Notes: generated from the sequence alone by a model not told the origin. A DNA stretch of 61,649 nucleotides, filler included, from Sphacelaria rigidula (GCA_964200075.2; 8 parts of 8 records of this genome joined end to end with filler, not necessarily neighbours in it); one strand, 5' to 3'. Shown: positions 38,496 through 51,470, numbered from the whole stretch's first letter. Numbers and translations are program-made.

Positions 38496-38625
38496 NNNNN
38501 NNNNNNNNNNNNNNNNNNNNNNNNNNNNNNNNNNNNNNNTTAATTAATTAANNNNNNNNNNNNNNNNNNNNNNNNNNNNNNNNNNNNNNNNNNNNCGCAG
38601 ATATCGGAACGGTTTTTAATGTAAA

Positions 38626-38659
38626 GACAACAACTACAACAACAACAACAACAACAACA
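38626..38659 (+). repeat. (CAA)n microsatellite
   Basis: acaacaactacaacaacaacaacaacaacaac. Confidence 0.9.
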
Positions 38660-39096
38660 TATCACTACGGCAAAATGGGTGCTCAGTTGGAAGACCGATG
38701 CCAAGGATGCAATTACTAAAGCAAAGGCGAGACTTGTAGCGCGTGGATTTGGCCAGAGATTTGCGGTTGACTATTTCGAGACGTTTGCATCCACCCCAGC
38801 CATGCCATCAATAAAATTGGTCATGGCCGTGGCAGTGCAGAGAGGATGGCCAATGTATCCCTTCCACGTTACCCGGGCTTTTGTACGAGCAAAAGTGGAC
38901 ACGAATGTGCTTATGAAGCTCCCAGACGGGTGTGGCCCTCAAACAGGTAGTACGGTTACACTCGAGAAATTCATATACGGCGTTAAGCAAGCAGGGAGGC
39001 AACGGTCCATCCTCCTGAACCAAACATTGATGGAGGATGCGGGGATGTCACAGAGTAAGACTGACCCTTGTGTGTACAAACAGGAGAAAAGGGGCA
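38660..39096 (+). mobile_element. Ty1/Copia reverse transcriptase fragment (RVT_2)
   Basis: AKWVLSWK...KAKARLVARGFGQ...DYFETFA...VTRAF...MKLPDGC...IYGVKQAGRQ...DPCVY; truncated before YVDD. Confidence 0.93.
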
Positions 39097-39104
39097 TGTG
39101 TCAT

Positions 39105-39850
39105 GTGTGTATAGTAGTGATCTAACCGTTGCTAGCGTGGTGCAGAGGGGTGCGTCCATGCTGCAATCTGGAGCACGCGCGCTGGCTGCGCGTGAACACC
39201 TGGGTACTTCAAGAAATAATTCCGATGTGACGAGGTCACGCATTATCACCTGGAACGAGATATAAACCCACGAAGAATAAGCGTGCTCTACGATCAACCA
39301 CTTCTCGTTACATTTGACACCGACGCCATCAACCGCCAACCGCAGAGGTCTTGTGGCTTTCAAGCAACGTTGGCGGCAGTACGGCAGGCAACCCGATCAT
39401 TGCTAGCTTTCGTCGCTCTACTGGACTGGCTGGCGTCTGCACAGAGGTCGCCCGGCGTAGCAGCATGTATCAAATTTCGCAACCTCTGTACAAAAAAAAC
39501 AGTTCGGTTTTCCAAACTACATGGACATGATTAAAATGAAGGACTCTCAAGAGCTGCGGGGAGGGTGGCTTCCGCGCCCCCCCACCAGGTATTAAAGAAA
39601 CGACGCCAGAGTTTATGGTAGCTCATGAAACTGACGGCGGAACAGAGAGTTTCTCATGATGAAAATCCACGTTTTTCCACCTGCCAGCCGTTTCAGGTGC
39701 ATGGTTTTCTGTTTAGAACTTTCTATTTAGAACGTAAACCTCTTCATTTTTGTACGGTTCTTTACTGACTGCTCCGGGCCAATCCCAGCATAGTTTAGTA
39801 TTCCCGTTCGACGGTATCTTCGCACGTTCGACCGAACCCGAAGCGGCCAA
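39105..39850 (+). repeat. Diverged copy of the repeat at 37150-37860
   Basis: Shares tccatgctgcaa, gatcaaccactt...acgccatcaaccgcc...ttcaagcaacg, gagctgcg...agggtggcttcc, gtatcttcgcacgt. Confidence 0.8.
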
Positions 39851-42242
39851 TTTCGCATTCTTCAATGATGCTAAAAACTTCGACTTAAAGGGAAGAAATA
39901 CACCAGCCAATGTCCATTTTTTCAGTCGCAATATTCTTCATCCTTCTTCCTCTGCCTCGTTCTCCAATGCCTGGTCAAGATCCACAAGTACTCTGTGGCT
40001 TCAATACAGAAGTAGTTGCGCTCAAGTAAACTCGGCCGCGCCGTCGACATCGGAGATCGTCGGGAGCGAAATCCGGAAGCTGAAAGCGCCGAGCATAACA
40101 GACCACATTAACTTGTGAATGAAGCAGACGAACGTGAGGAGCATCGCGAAAAGTTGTGCTGCCCGGATAACATCAAATCGCGCTATCGGGCTCAAAAGCA
40201 ACACGCATATGCCCCCTATTCATGAAAGCGCCGTTGGATGTAAACCCGAGTCTGGAGAATCATTCTTCTAGTAAAAATAATGTTGGTTCAAAATATATGG
40301 GCACAAGTCAGCTCTCACGTGAACTGGTCCTCCCCTTCAAAGGAGAGTTCTTCGACTGATGGAAAACCGTTGATGAAATTACAAGTCGTTCTACGCCACC
40401 GTTATCAGGAATGATACGAGACCCCGAAGTTCTACATGTCAACCGAGCAAATAAATAGAAATGTATGTAGATATATATTTTCACGTACGCCCAAATAACA
40501 GCTAACAAAGGGAGAATAACAAGAGAGAAAGCTGCGCTTGAGTACATGGACAGAGGCATGCGTGTCTGTGCTCGCGTGCACGAAGTATGAACGATCCAGG
40601 TCCGCAAATCCTGGCGGAGCAGAGGATCCCGTGAAACCATCACAATAGCGAATGAGTGCGGCAGGCACAACCACATCACATCACCACTCGAACAAAAAAA
40701 ATCACGAGGACACAGACACACTTATGAACCTGAAAAACGACGCAAAATGTCGCACGCTCGGAAAACTGAGGTAGCTAGCTACAGGGTATTAGCACGCGCT
40801 CGAAATAATCTGTAACATGCAGACGACGAAACCCGACGCAACCAAACCTTACTGCAACGAAATACCCAGTCCCGCCCGACTCTATCCCCACGAAAAACAT
40901 CCCTCGAAAGCATCGTACCTCGTCAGACCCGCTACGGCAACGGCGAGCGATTGAAAATCGCCTACCGACTTTTCCACACTCTTCCTCCCGGGGCCCTCTC
41001 TGTATCGTCCCCCCCTTTCCCCGTGCCCCGAGGATAAAAAGTGGTGTGAAATGAGCCAAGAAAAAAGCATTTTCACTCCAACAAGTGACCTCAGCCGTTA
41101 CCGGAGCATGCCCACTAAATCACCAATGAACGACCATAAAAAGGGTCGATACCACGCGAGCGATTTTCCCTTAACCGATCTGATTTTGTCGTAAGCCCGG
41201 GAAGAGAACAGAATATATTTCCCTCCCCTGCGCCCTTCCTCACCTCCCCCCTCCCCCGTTACCCACCAACACCCCCGACCTCCCTCGAAATTCCATGCTG
41301 TCCTATTCCAAAGCCGTTATTCGGGGGGGCTATTGGTGGCACGAGCTAAGTTCGTCCTCTTGGTCGAATTGCCGCAATATGTAATGACGCCCACCAAACA
41401 CCGAGAAAAACATTTATACGCACACACCAACACACACCATGAGCAGGAGATAAGGGAGAGCGGGACCGACGACGTCGAAGACGTCCACGATGCCCTTTCG
41501 GTCTTAATCTTGACCACGCGACACACCTGTCGACCAATATAACAGGGAGGGACGCCACCCGAAACTACGGTACGAACCCCCGGGAACGACCTTTCACAAG
41601 TACTGCCATGGTGCACGGAGCGATCGGGGAAGACGAGCAAGTGCGCAGACAATCTCGACTGTAGTACTCCCTCTCCACCTCCGCGAAGGCACGAGCCGCA
41701 CAGCACCACACCTTCACAACAACGACACCATGCTCACCACAAAGAAAACACTTGATCGTGCAAGCGCATCACACAACAAAATGTCCAGAACCAAAGACAG
41801 CACCGGCAGCACCGGCAGCCTCCCCCAGACTCGAAAACACAAAAGGTATAGATGGATAGATTGATAATTTTGACGGACAGAAGAAGCGCCGACATACTTT
41901 GCCTTCATGCTTTCAATCCGGCAGGTGCCGAGAGCAACGCAAACACGCAGATGATAATACAACATAGCGAGAGGTAATGAATGACCCCTCCGCCACACGT
42001 ATCCTCTTCACGAAACCGCACTAGTACAGCACCGCCCGAAACACACTGGTCCGTCGTCCCAATTACAGTATAAGCTCTATATCGTAGCGCTGCAGGTTCG
42101 ACACAGCTCAAACAGATTTACACGCCCCCCCTCAATTCCCCTCCCCACCAAACACCACCAGCTCGTCCTCTTCTCGACTGGCTAGGGTAATCCGATACAT
42201 CATAAAAGAGACGGCATAACATCATCCCACTGCATTTATTCC

Positions 42243-42310
42243 GATGATGATGATGATGATGATGATGATTTTGGTGGTAGTGGAAACGGTCATGATGATG
42301 GTGTGATGGG
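42243..42310 (+). repeat. (GAT)n microsatellite
   Basis: gatgatgatgatgatgatgatgatgat...catgatgatggtgtgatg. Confidence 0.85.
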
Positions 42311-42833
42311 TGACGGTAATATGTCGAGTTAATCCTTTTGGAACTCATTCGCGCTTATTATTTTCGTGAATCTGCATCATTCCGACTTGAAAATGACCAA
42401 AAAATGGTGCCGATTCACAGAAAACAAGACCATCGCTAATGGGTTCCAAAAGAGGTAAACCTCCAGCAACATATGTACTGCTGAACTGGTTTCGTATACA
42501 GTGCTGGGGGTTGTCGTAAACCTTTGGGGTCACACTTGCCTCGTAGCATCATGTCTCCGTAACAGGTCCGCCACCCGTCAACACCACCCCCCGAATTCTT
42601 CAGGGGCAAAAGCGTCCGGAATAACTGGCGGGAAAAACTTAATTCACGCGCACAGTCAACTACTTCCAACGACGGACACTCACCCCTGACTCCCGCATCC
42701 TCCCATAAGCGTCCCGTTGGTACCTTTTACAGGCTAATGAACATAAGTGCCACCAGTACGCACAAATCCAATTTTTGTTTTGTTTTCCTCCTTGTCACGC
42801 GTCACTAAAAAAGAAAAAAAAGAAGCGCGCATC

Positions 42834-43538
42834 TTAGATGGAAACCCGCATCTCGTTGCTAAATCCCATGAAGGGACCACCGGCAATCTCAGCTGCTTCG
42901 GCATCCGACATACCCGCCCCAAACACCCCACTAGACCGGTTGCCGTCACCCCCCGGCCCACCCCCCTGACCCCAATTCCCAGCCGCTATTCTTTGCTGCT
43001 CCGCGTCAGCGGCTGCCGCCGCCGCCTCAGCCGCGGGTCCAACCGTCACCGGTTGGACCGCGTTCTGCGGCATCGCGTACTCGGGCCGCAGTAACGCCGA
43101 AACATCAGGAGAGGATTCCGACCTCGACGACGCTGATGATGACGTAGCACCTGAGGAAGGAGACTGCGACACCGGCTTGCTCTCGACAAGCCTATCATTT
43201 TCCTCTCCCAGCGTTAAAACTCCGTCCTCCAGGGACATCACCTTATACTTCACAGACGGCGGCGCCTGTGGCGACGAGCTACCGGAGGAGCCTCCAGCTG
43301 CTGCCACCAAACTCTTATCGTCATTCGAGGCGGCCACCTGCGCCGCCTGGAGCTCGTGCGGGTGCTGAAGCGCAGCTTGCTTGACGTCGACACCATGCTG
43401 ATCGCTCCTGCTGTCGTTGCTGCTGCTGCTGTTGTTGATAGAGGATTCATTCGAGGATGTAAACTGGCCATCGCAATGTGCCGTGCTTTGTGGTGCCGGC
43501 ACCTCTTCTGATTTCCAACCCTTGGCGTCAAGGGAAGC
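42834..43538 (-). CDS. Myb transcription factor, terminal exon (low-complexity C-terminus)
   Basis: Acceptor ggacAG, phase 0, 235 codons to stop; Ser/Ala/Gly-rich; in frame with the upstream Myb exons. Confidence 0.8.
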   Translation of the reverse strand, partial: ASLDAKGWKSEEVPAPQSTAHCDGQFTSSNESSINNSSSSNDSRSDQHGVDVKQAALQHPHELQAAQVAASNDDKSLVAAAGGSSGSSSPQAPPSVKYKVMSLEDGVLTLGEENDRLVESKPVSQSPSSGATSSSASSRSESSPDVSALLRPEYAMPQNAVQPVTVGPAAEAAAAAADAEQQRIAAGNWGQGGGPGGDGNRSSGVFGAGMSDAEAAEIAGGPFMGFSNEMRVSI

Positions 43539-44054
43539 CTGTCCATTCATGCAAGGCGGCGAGGGAAGACGCACGAGATTTGGTAGGGGTCAGATGTTAC
43601 CCAGGTCACTGTGACGCATCGCAAAAACTGTACCCGATCTATTTGCTATGCGTATACCCCCTCCACACACCAGTGCATCATGCCGCCCGTTTCATGCTAT
43701 CCCATTGAGACCCCTCATTCGATGGGAGGGTCGTGGGCTCGATTACATCCCCCCCGCCCGCCGGCACACCAGTAAATCAAGGTCGCGTTTCGAACTGTTG
43801 GACGATGCCTACATGCTCCAGCAAAGAGACAGTACCCACGAAAACCATTTCGAGAGGTACGGTGAACCGGTATCCACGCCAAACATGCCGAGACGGCATA
43901 CACGTCGTAGCAAGAATCAAGGACCCAGAAAAAAAAAATGTTCCGGAAAGTGCAGTGAGAAATAATTCGCCACAACTCGTGTTCATACGCAGCCGAATCC
44001 ACGACTCCCGCCCCCCTCCACCCTCGCCCATCCACCTCTTCACCCGCTCTTCAC

Positions 44055-44192
44055 CTTGAGGGCGGCAATCTGTCGGCTGATTTGTGACCACCGGTTTTTG
44101 ACGTCGTTATAGCTCCTCCCCTCGATCTGCTCCGCGATTTTGGCGAAACTCATGTTCTGCTGACCGCGCAACTGCAGAAGCTTCTCGTCCTC
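44055..44192 (-). CDS. Myb transcription factor, exon with last Myb repeat
   Basis: ttgacAG|EDEKLLQLRGQQNMSFAKIAEQIEGRSYNDVKNRWSQISRQIAALK|GTGAAG. Confidence 0.9.
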
Positions 44193-44370
44193 CTGTCAAA
44201 GGGGAGCGAATCGAAACATTTGCAGCGCTAGTAAACAGCCCTGAAAAACGTCTGTTGCATTCAGCTTAAACTTCGCATTTTGACGTCCGCGGAAGACCCT
44301 TTACAAGAGATGGTGTGTTTGTATGATTGCGACCGCGGAGCGGTCTGGAGCCGAGGGTAGAAAATTCTAG

Positions 44371-44546
44371 GGGGTTACACGTAACGTTGAGAACGTTTGT
44401 AAAATTTAACGCTCACGTTACGTTGTGACCAAAACGTAAAACGTAGCGTGAAAGTTGAATTTTACAAACGTGGCGTGAACGTCAAATTTTACAAACGTTG
44501 TGAACGCAACGTGAAAGTGAACATGACCGTGTGAGGCGTGGACCCC
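44371..44546. mobile_element. Small ACGT-rich MITE-like insertion in Myb intron
   Basis: Ends GGGGTTACACG / CGTGGACCCC; interior dense in AACGT motifs. Confidence 0.45.
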
Positions 44547-45296
44547 AGTGAAATTCCCTCCGAAAGCGTTTTTGAATGGGGTCTCGTCAAACTTCGGCCC
44601 AGGTTACGCGATTCAATATTTCGTTTCTCGTATCGGCATCGGACCCATCCGGGCGCCGGCGCACAACGTGTCACCTCCAGGATAGGTGCCCCATGTAATT
44701 TTCCGCGTAGTCGTTCATGTACGTGTGATAGTTTTTCACACCTCTGCTCTCGTTTGACGATTATGGCGGGTACAGCATCAGTCAGGCACAAAGGCAGTAA
44801 CGGATCCTGCCAGCCTCATCATGAATCTTCGCCCAGATTTGGATGAATGCTCGAAGAAACACAGCGAAGGAGCGTCGTCCAAGAGCGCCTCCTGGGACCA
44901 GGGTGGGCTGTGAAATTGGCATCGTGTGCAATGTGAATGATACCGATTCAGCAATGGATCCTGCGTGCAGACCAGCTCCAGGTTCCCTGGTTAGTGGGGG
45001 TCCGATCCCAAAGTGATTGAAATATCTGCAGCATTGGAGACGGGATGTTTTCGCATCATCCATCCCCCGGGTTTTACCAGCACAAACCAGAAGCTTCGGT
45101 TGGCAAACACACGTACGAATGTAAAGCACCCCCGGCATCTAGATTTGCGACAAGATACACACACAGCTCACCAATTGGCACTTCAAATCCTTCACGCGTG
45201 CTCTCGCACGCGGCGCATACAACGTTCGCCTCGAAGCTTATGACGCTATGTACATGGTCACATACCTCCAAGAAAATCCCCCCCCACCGCACACAC

Positions 45297-45419
45297 CTGT
45301 CGAGACCACGCCCCTCTTCGAAGATCCGGATCTAGATTATTGAGGTATCTTTCCCTGCACTGCTTCGCCAGCCGTCCCGGCATGTGCTCCGCAACCGTGG
45401 ACCATCGCTGTCCGAATAT
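45297..45419 (-). CDS. Myb transcription factor, exon with preceding Myb repeat
   Basis: ttgatAG|IFGQRWSTVAEHMPGRLAKQCRERYLNNLDPDLRRGAWSRQ|GTGTGT; joins as WSRQ-EDEKLL. Confidence 0.92.
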
Positions 45420-45501
45420 CTATCAAAGTCGAACACAGCACAAATCGCACGCACGTGCGAAGGGGGGGGGGGGGAAATCGGTTAAAAAAAACACGATAAC
45501 C

Positions 45502-45772
45502 GACACTTTCTACAGTACCCCCCCCCCCCACCTAAAAAATAGTGCCTGGTTTGGGGAGGCAAAATTTTCACGTGAATCGAAATGGGAAAAGCTGAGCACA
45601 GCGGGAAGAGCTAGGGATTACTACGCATGGATTTGTTCTCGCCAATGTCGCCCACGTGAGGCGCTTCATGCAACCTGAACCCGGACATCAGGCGCTGTAT
45701 GGCCGTTTGTTCGGTGAAACTTTTGGGCTATGTATATCTATTGGGGGGGGGGGGGCTATCGTAGAAAGTGTC
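45502..45772. mobile_element. MITE (~270 bp); partial copy at 54032-54140
   Basis: TIRs GACACTTTCTAC...CCCCCCC / GGGGGGGCTATCGTAGAAAGTGTC; cctgaaccc...acatcaggcgctgtatgg shared with 54050-54080. Confidence 0.75.
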
Positions 45773-46736
45773 AATCGCGGAGGTGAAAGGGAGAATGGGG
45801 TGACACGCAGGGGGGACGGGTGATGCTTCAATTCGAAGGCTCAGGCCGGAGGCGTACACCGTGCGTGAGACACGTCGATAGCATGAACTGCTTGAATACG
45901 ATTTGTCTGGGAATAGAGTGGGGAGTGGGTAATCATTCGCTAGACCAAAAATATAGACCACATTCCTTCGATCAAGAACCGTCGTCTTGACGATCCGGGT
46001 ACCCTTATAGAAGCGAAGAAATGTGATGCGTGCATCACCAAAATGAAACCGGAGGAGATTGGTGGATAGTTGATACGTCAGCTCTCACTCGCCCTCACTG
46101 TCCAAGAGGGCTGAGGAAACCAAACAAAGCAACTCCGGACCGGAGGAGGGGGGGGGGGGGGGGGTAGGCAGGATTTTGCTTGATTTTTGCCTTAGGCAGT
46201 CACCCCGTCGGACNNNNNNNNNNNNNNNNNNNNNNNNNNNNNNNNNNNNNNNNNNNNTTAATTAATTAANNNNNNNNNNNNNNNNNNNNNNNNNNNNNNN
46301 NNNNNNNNNNNNNCACGAAATTAGCAATAGCGAAGTGCATGAATAAAAGGTTCCTTCCTGTCTTCTGGGGACAAAAAAACAAAAACATCAAGTTTGAATG
46401 TTTACTCGTGAGCATTGTGATCAACATTCACACGGGAATAGAGCATGGTCGTAGACCGGAAGAAAAGTGACACGAAACATTGAGGATATAGGGGCGGGTG
46501 GGCAGACCGCGAATACAGACGTGCACACTGTTGAGATTGTTCCGACGACGACAACAACAACAGCAACAGCAACATCAGCACAGCTTGTTGTCATTGTTCC
46601 AACAGCCGCTCTCAAGAGGCATGAATGTGCACCAATTCGCCCACCATTTCACTTTGGGCCACGATCGAGTCAAAGATTCTTGTGTGAATGTCAGAGTGAT
46701 GACGGAGTGATGCGATGACATGCACATTCATCTCGC

Positions 46737-46867
46737 CTTAGATCTCCGACAGAGAAGTCGTACTCCTTGGTCCACCCCTGCGGACGAAAGATCCTCCGCT
46801 CTTGCACCACGCCGTGGAACCACGCTAGCGCAAACAGCAACTGCGCCTTCAATACACTCCCCTCCAC
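46737..46867 (-). CDS. DYNC2H1: Cytoplasmic dynein-2 heavy chain exon
   Basis: VEGSVLKAQLLFALAWFHGVVQERRIFRPQGWTKEYDFSVGDLR; probable GC donor AG|GCGAGA. Confidence 0.9.
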
Positions 46868-47485
46868 CTGCGTTGGCGCACCACATGTCAAAATAAGAGC
46901 GTGTTTCTGAGGCCCCTGGCCTCATAAACCTACTTTTTCCACACACCTGCGAATGGTTTCCAGTATACTACCCCTTCGCAAATCACTCTGTACGTTTGGC
47001 TTCGTAATATCGTGTGTCGCTATGCGCAATGGAGCCATCACGCTCGCTTACACCTAGGTGAAACTGTTCCGACAGTCCAGGTTTTGTCACGTCTGAAACC
47101 ACATACTCTGTCGGTAGTGCGTTGCTGAAACATTGTTGAGTAACATATTGCAATTCGTGTCGACTCTCCCCGGAACGCCCGTTAAACGGCACGGGTAAAG
47201 TATTTTTCGCACAGAGGTTTACAAAACTGACATGGAGCTGGAGAGAATAGCTACGACTTACCGCAGTCCACTCATTGAAGAGCCCACTTCCCAGTGAAGA
47301 TATTTTCTACCTGGAGTATTTCCACAGGAAACATCCTGCACTGCCGCCCGAGCCCATGGGTTATGGACACATTTCGACTCCCCGCTTCCAACCATGTTGG
47401 GTTTTTGTTTACACTGGAGAATGTTGGACCCTGCTCAACACAGAAGGTGCCGCGAACTGACGAGGAAACTCATCGAAAATCTTAC

Positions 47486-47557
47486 CATAGCTGCCGACCA
47501 CGTGCTGTACGTCCTCTGTACGTTTTTCTTGAGACCTGGAGGAGACTCGAACGTAAC
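47486..47557 (-). CDS. DYNC2H1: Cytoplasmic dynein-2 heavy chain exon
   Basis: ccaccAG|VTFESPPGLKKNVQRTYSTWSAAM|GTAAGA. Confidence 0.9.
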
Positions 47558-48096
47558 CTGGTGGGAATACAGTGAAAAACACGTCTAGCTGAGTGTCATT
47601 CACGGCATTGCCTCAGATAAAGATCTGATCGACGAAACGCAAGGACTATTTTCCAGTCAGATCTTTTAATTAGTTTCATATCCAGTGAAACATGGCCTAC
47701 ATCAGGGGGGATTCGTATACAGTAGTCAGCTTCAGAAGTATGCAGAATTCGTAAGTTCTTAGTTTCCCAAAGATTTCCCAAATTTGTTTCGCTTGCCACC
47801 GCTCATCACAGTGACTGCTGGATGCCAAAAAATAGGCATCTGGAGATATTTTGATCCTCTTGACAAATACTGAAAGAAAATATATATCCGCGATCAATAT
47901 TGAGTGATTGACGGGCTTGACCGATACTCGAGGGTCCTGCGAAAGTGCAACCCCAGGTTCTAGCTTTTCGGTATTTTCGGTGGACCAACCCGATCCCGAT
48001 CATTTCAGTGAAGACTCAATAATGATTACTTTTTGAAAGTCCACCTATTCACTGCGCTCAAGTCGGAAAACTATGTTTTTTTGGACCATTCACGAT

Positions 48097-48627
48097 CAAT
48101 AACACCCTCGTGATAAACGGGGTATTTACTCCGTATCGCCCCCACGACACCAACTTGGGCATTGTGATTTGAGCGCGGTCTGCTTATTTTGCCAAAACTA
48201 TCGACACTAGCACTTTCGAGTGCTCATGGAAAATGTTACGCGAAAACCCCCCGAAAAGAGACCATTCGTAAAAAATGCTAGACTGAGGTATGTGCAGTAT
48301 AGGAGGGAAACACGATCTCGATCGTTTTTGTAAAGAATTGTATACTATTCCTTTATCCCAATATTCACCGTTTCGTTGCGAAAGAGCCGGAAAACTGTTT
48401 ATATTGAACAAAAAATGGTCAATAACACCCTCCTGATAAACGGAGTATCTAGTCCGTATCGCCCCAAAAATACCAACTTGGGCACTGCACTTTGAGCGTG
48501 GCCTACGCTTTCCCCCTAAATCTACCGGCGCTAGCACTTTCAAGTAGTAATGAAGAATAATACTCGAGAACAAGTCAAAACCTACAACAAATACGAATTC
48601 TAAAAACTTCTGATGCTGACTACTATA
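48097..48627 (-). mobile_element. Uninterrupted copy of the 12840-15162 host repeat, in a dynein intron
   Basis: Reverse complement reads ...atagttttggCAAAATAAgcagaccgcgctcaaatcacaatgcccaagttgg, i.e. the empty site. Confidence 0.85.
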
Positions 48628-49295
48628 CGCAAACGAGTGTGACTCTCACTGCTTCGAGCATACCCTGACCGGAAACAGTCGAGAAACACGCTACGTAATC
48701 TTCTATCCGGACATGGTACGTACGATAAACGAAAGCTGATGGCGAACGAAATAAGAGCAGGCGGGATGAAGCTCATCTGTCGTCATTGTTATGTGACTAC
48801 AGCGATGGATACGGGATCACCGCGTTCCGATCAAGTGCGGGAAACGTCACTACCACAGTACGGCCATCGTACTAGAAGCGATGTATTCAAACAAACGAAT
48901 CGAGCTTCAAGCTGCTATATTCAAGTCAAGACTAGGATGGTGCGTACGAGGCGGAAACCACCGTGACCCTCCGTCGTTAGTCAATAACGAAAGTTCAGGT
49001 GCTGCTGAAGAGAATACTGAAATAGTGTCGCACTCCTCATATTTTTTTATATTATCAATAGTTCCACATTTACGTTCGCAAATAAAAAATGACGGGGACT
49101 TTTCAAAGGGAAAAACCGTCCAGCAACTGCAATGGTCGCGAAAATGTGCCTCATTTTTCTCGAGGCAAAATTAATTGTTTCGGTGTTCTCCCCAATGCTC
49201 GTGTATGTCCTTACATTGCAATATTGTCAGTCCCCTTAGTGGTGCCGTTTTGCGGTTTCATATAGTTTCAAGGTCCCGAGTACAAAACCCTTTAC

Positions 49296-49460
49296 CTTGA
49301 GACTCTGTTGGAGCAGAAGAGGTGGAAAGTCATCGTGCGGCTCTGTCGTGAGCCACAGCCGGAAATCTGTGTGGGGCTGAAGAGCGCTTAATTCCTTCTC
49401 GAGTGACGGTAGCCACGCCACCACCAAGTGCAAGTTCTTCAAGCAAACCCAATCGCCGGC
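49296..49460 (-). CDS. DYNC2H1: Cytoplasmic dynein-2 heavy chain exon (AAA6 region)
   Basis: gtgcAG|AGDWVCLKNLHLVVAWLPSLEKELSALQPHTDFRLWLTTEPHDDFPPLLLQQSLK|GTAAAG. Confidence 0.95.
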
Positions 49461-49796
49461 CTGCACAAAACCAAGGACAGTCACAACGTGTAACAAGCAA
49501 CTAGAGAAGGCGAAGTGTAGCCGTGGCTGTGGAGGACTAAAGGCTTACCAGTACTTGCGTCTGACTCCTGCCTGACGTGGCACAAACGTCTGAGCGCATT
49601 TGAAGAGGCAGGTGATTCCAGGCGAAAGCATTTTCCTCTTCGAAAATTCCCATATTGATTTCACAAGAAAAGTGTCTGAGATCGAGCTTACAAGTGAACA
49701 CCCGCGATGAATCCATGCCGCGGGTGCGTAGCGGTAACCATGTCACACCGATCATACGCTTTTTTCTACACCTTCAGCGCTTTAGAGCGTCCTCAC

Positions 49797-49957
49797 CAGA
49801 GCCGCCGCCCGCAGCAGTGCGACAGCGACCTCCTGTTGACCGCCGCCCATGGCCACCTCTTGGTACCTGCTGCGGCCCACAGTTCTCTCTGCCAACTCCT
49901 CCATCTCCTTCCCGGGGTCGGCTCCCGAAGTGGTCACGAGCAGGACGGGGATCTCCG
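49797..49957 (-). CDS. DYNC2H1: Cytoplasmic dynein-2 heavy chain exon
   Basis: ccacAG|(A)EIPVLLVTTSGADPGKEMEELAERTVGRSRYQEVAMGGGQQEVAVALLRAAAL|GTGAGG. Confidence 0.93.
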
Positions 49958-50398
49958 CTGTGGAAAAAAGATGAGCACACGTTGAGGGCTGGGAGTTAGG
50001 CTTCCAAGCATTACTCAGAGAGATGACAGCCGGACGGTAAATGTCGACCCCTACTTCGCTAGCTAAGGACGGGCAGTGATGGACTTTTAGAAGTGGTGTG
50101 CCGCTTAGCTACTTGTAGTTCAGAGAAGATAGACTATTGCCAGAAATAAGAATTATAGGAAGGCAGCTGAGTCTGCAGTTTTTCCATTGCGGCTGACTCT
50201 TACACACCACATTTTGCCATTGCCTGCTGTGGACATAATATATTTTGTTAGGTTGCTCCGTGCAGAAATTCCTAACCCGCCCGGAAAGGTCGGGATCATT
50301 TCTTCGTGCCACGCTTGACGTACTGATGTAACACACCAACGTCACCTAGCCACGCACTGCAGCGGCAGCGGTACTTCGTATGCCGAACTCTTACTCAC

Positions 50399-50610
50399 CC
50401 GAGGACTCTTGCAGGAAGAGATGCTCCAACGACTGAGCAGGCGGGGACAAGGACGAAACTCGAAGCACTTCAACCGCGAACTGGTGCACGGCCGACTGCA
50501 ACCGGTCCGGCCTAAGGGCCTGCACCAGAAGCACGCGCTGAAACTGCGTCAACGACCTTATCGTTGGGAAATCGCGCTCACACTCAGGTGAAGTGGCCCA
50601 TCGCTTCCAC
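50399..50610 (-). CDS. DYNC2H1: Cytoplasmic dynein-2 heavy chain exon
   Basis: WKRWATSPECERDFP...LTQFQRVLLVQALRPDRLQSAV...LSPPAQSLEHLFLQESS|GTGAGT; phases match both neighbours. Confidence 0.93.
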
Positions 50611-50947
50611 CTGGGGCCGAAAAATAAAAGGGAATCACCCGGAATCGGACGGCGCCGGATGTGTTTCGGATCATATTCCATCCGCGAATTAACTGCGGGA
50701 AAACCTATCTACTCCAGAGCTATAAGTCGTTGACTGCGGAGTGCTTCATCGGCAGCGTAAGTGTCAAGGGCGTACGAAGTTTAAGGTGTATCTGGAAAAC
50801 TTATCAACCTATGAAAAAAATGGACATTGTTGCGCTACAGTAACAGGTAGATTGAACACGCCTACAGAATGTGTTCCCTGATATCCTGTAGGCTTTTCGC
50901 ATTTGAGAGGATATTTTGTGTACAATCGAGGTCACATGTGCTTGCCA

Positions 50948-51321
50948 CCGCGTCCCGTTAGTCTAATTGGTACACCAACTCTGCCTTGATCGGATTCCGC
51001 AGGTTCGAATCTCAGCAGCAGAGGCCTTTTGATCGTTTTCGGCTCTCGGAAAAGTGAAGACTGGAGATGGGATGAAGTGAAATCAATCGATGTAAGTCAA
51101 TGGGCTCGGAGATCGACCGATTCATCGATTTTTTTATTGATTGATTGTCGCACATCAACAGTGACTAATCCGTCACGAACCCAGCCATTGTCGGAGTTCT
51201 GACCCAATCCTCGAAAACGGAGTTCAACGTCAGCTGTTGGGAATAGGGATGTGTTGATTCCTTGGAGACGACGGAGTCCTCGAAAGGAAGGGGGGAGATT
51301 GATGGTACAGCCACCAGGCGC

Positions 51322-51340
<19 letters not shown>
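50948..51340 (+). mobile_element. tRNA-derived SINE, family C, with (TA)n tail
   Basis: A box TAGTCTAATTGG, B box GGTTCGAATC, ~300-bp body, ends in catatatatatatatata; intronic and antisense to dynein. Confidence 0.65.
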
Positions 51341-51352
<12 letters not shown>

Positions 51353-51353
51353 T

Positions 51354-51470
51354 GGCCGCGCGCCGGTGATCTAATGGTACATATTCGCCGCTATTTGGTC
51401 AGAGTAGTGCGGGTTCGATTCCCCGCAGATGCATTTGTGCTTTTTGCGGAAACCACTTGCAAAAAGAGGT
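51354..51470 (+). mobile_element. Second tRNA-like SINE head directly after the first
   Basis: TGATCTAATGG (A-box-like) and GGTTCGATTCCC (B box). Confidence 0.5.

Noticed and set aside
42118..42348. Poly-His ORF
   Set aside because: Translation of a (GAT)n microsatellite downstream of the Myb stop codon.
50948..51030. tRNA gene (also 1-67, 570-640, 51354-51430)
   Set aside because: A and B boxes are present, but there is no convincing acceptor or anticodon stem, and bodies and tails indicate SINEs.
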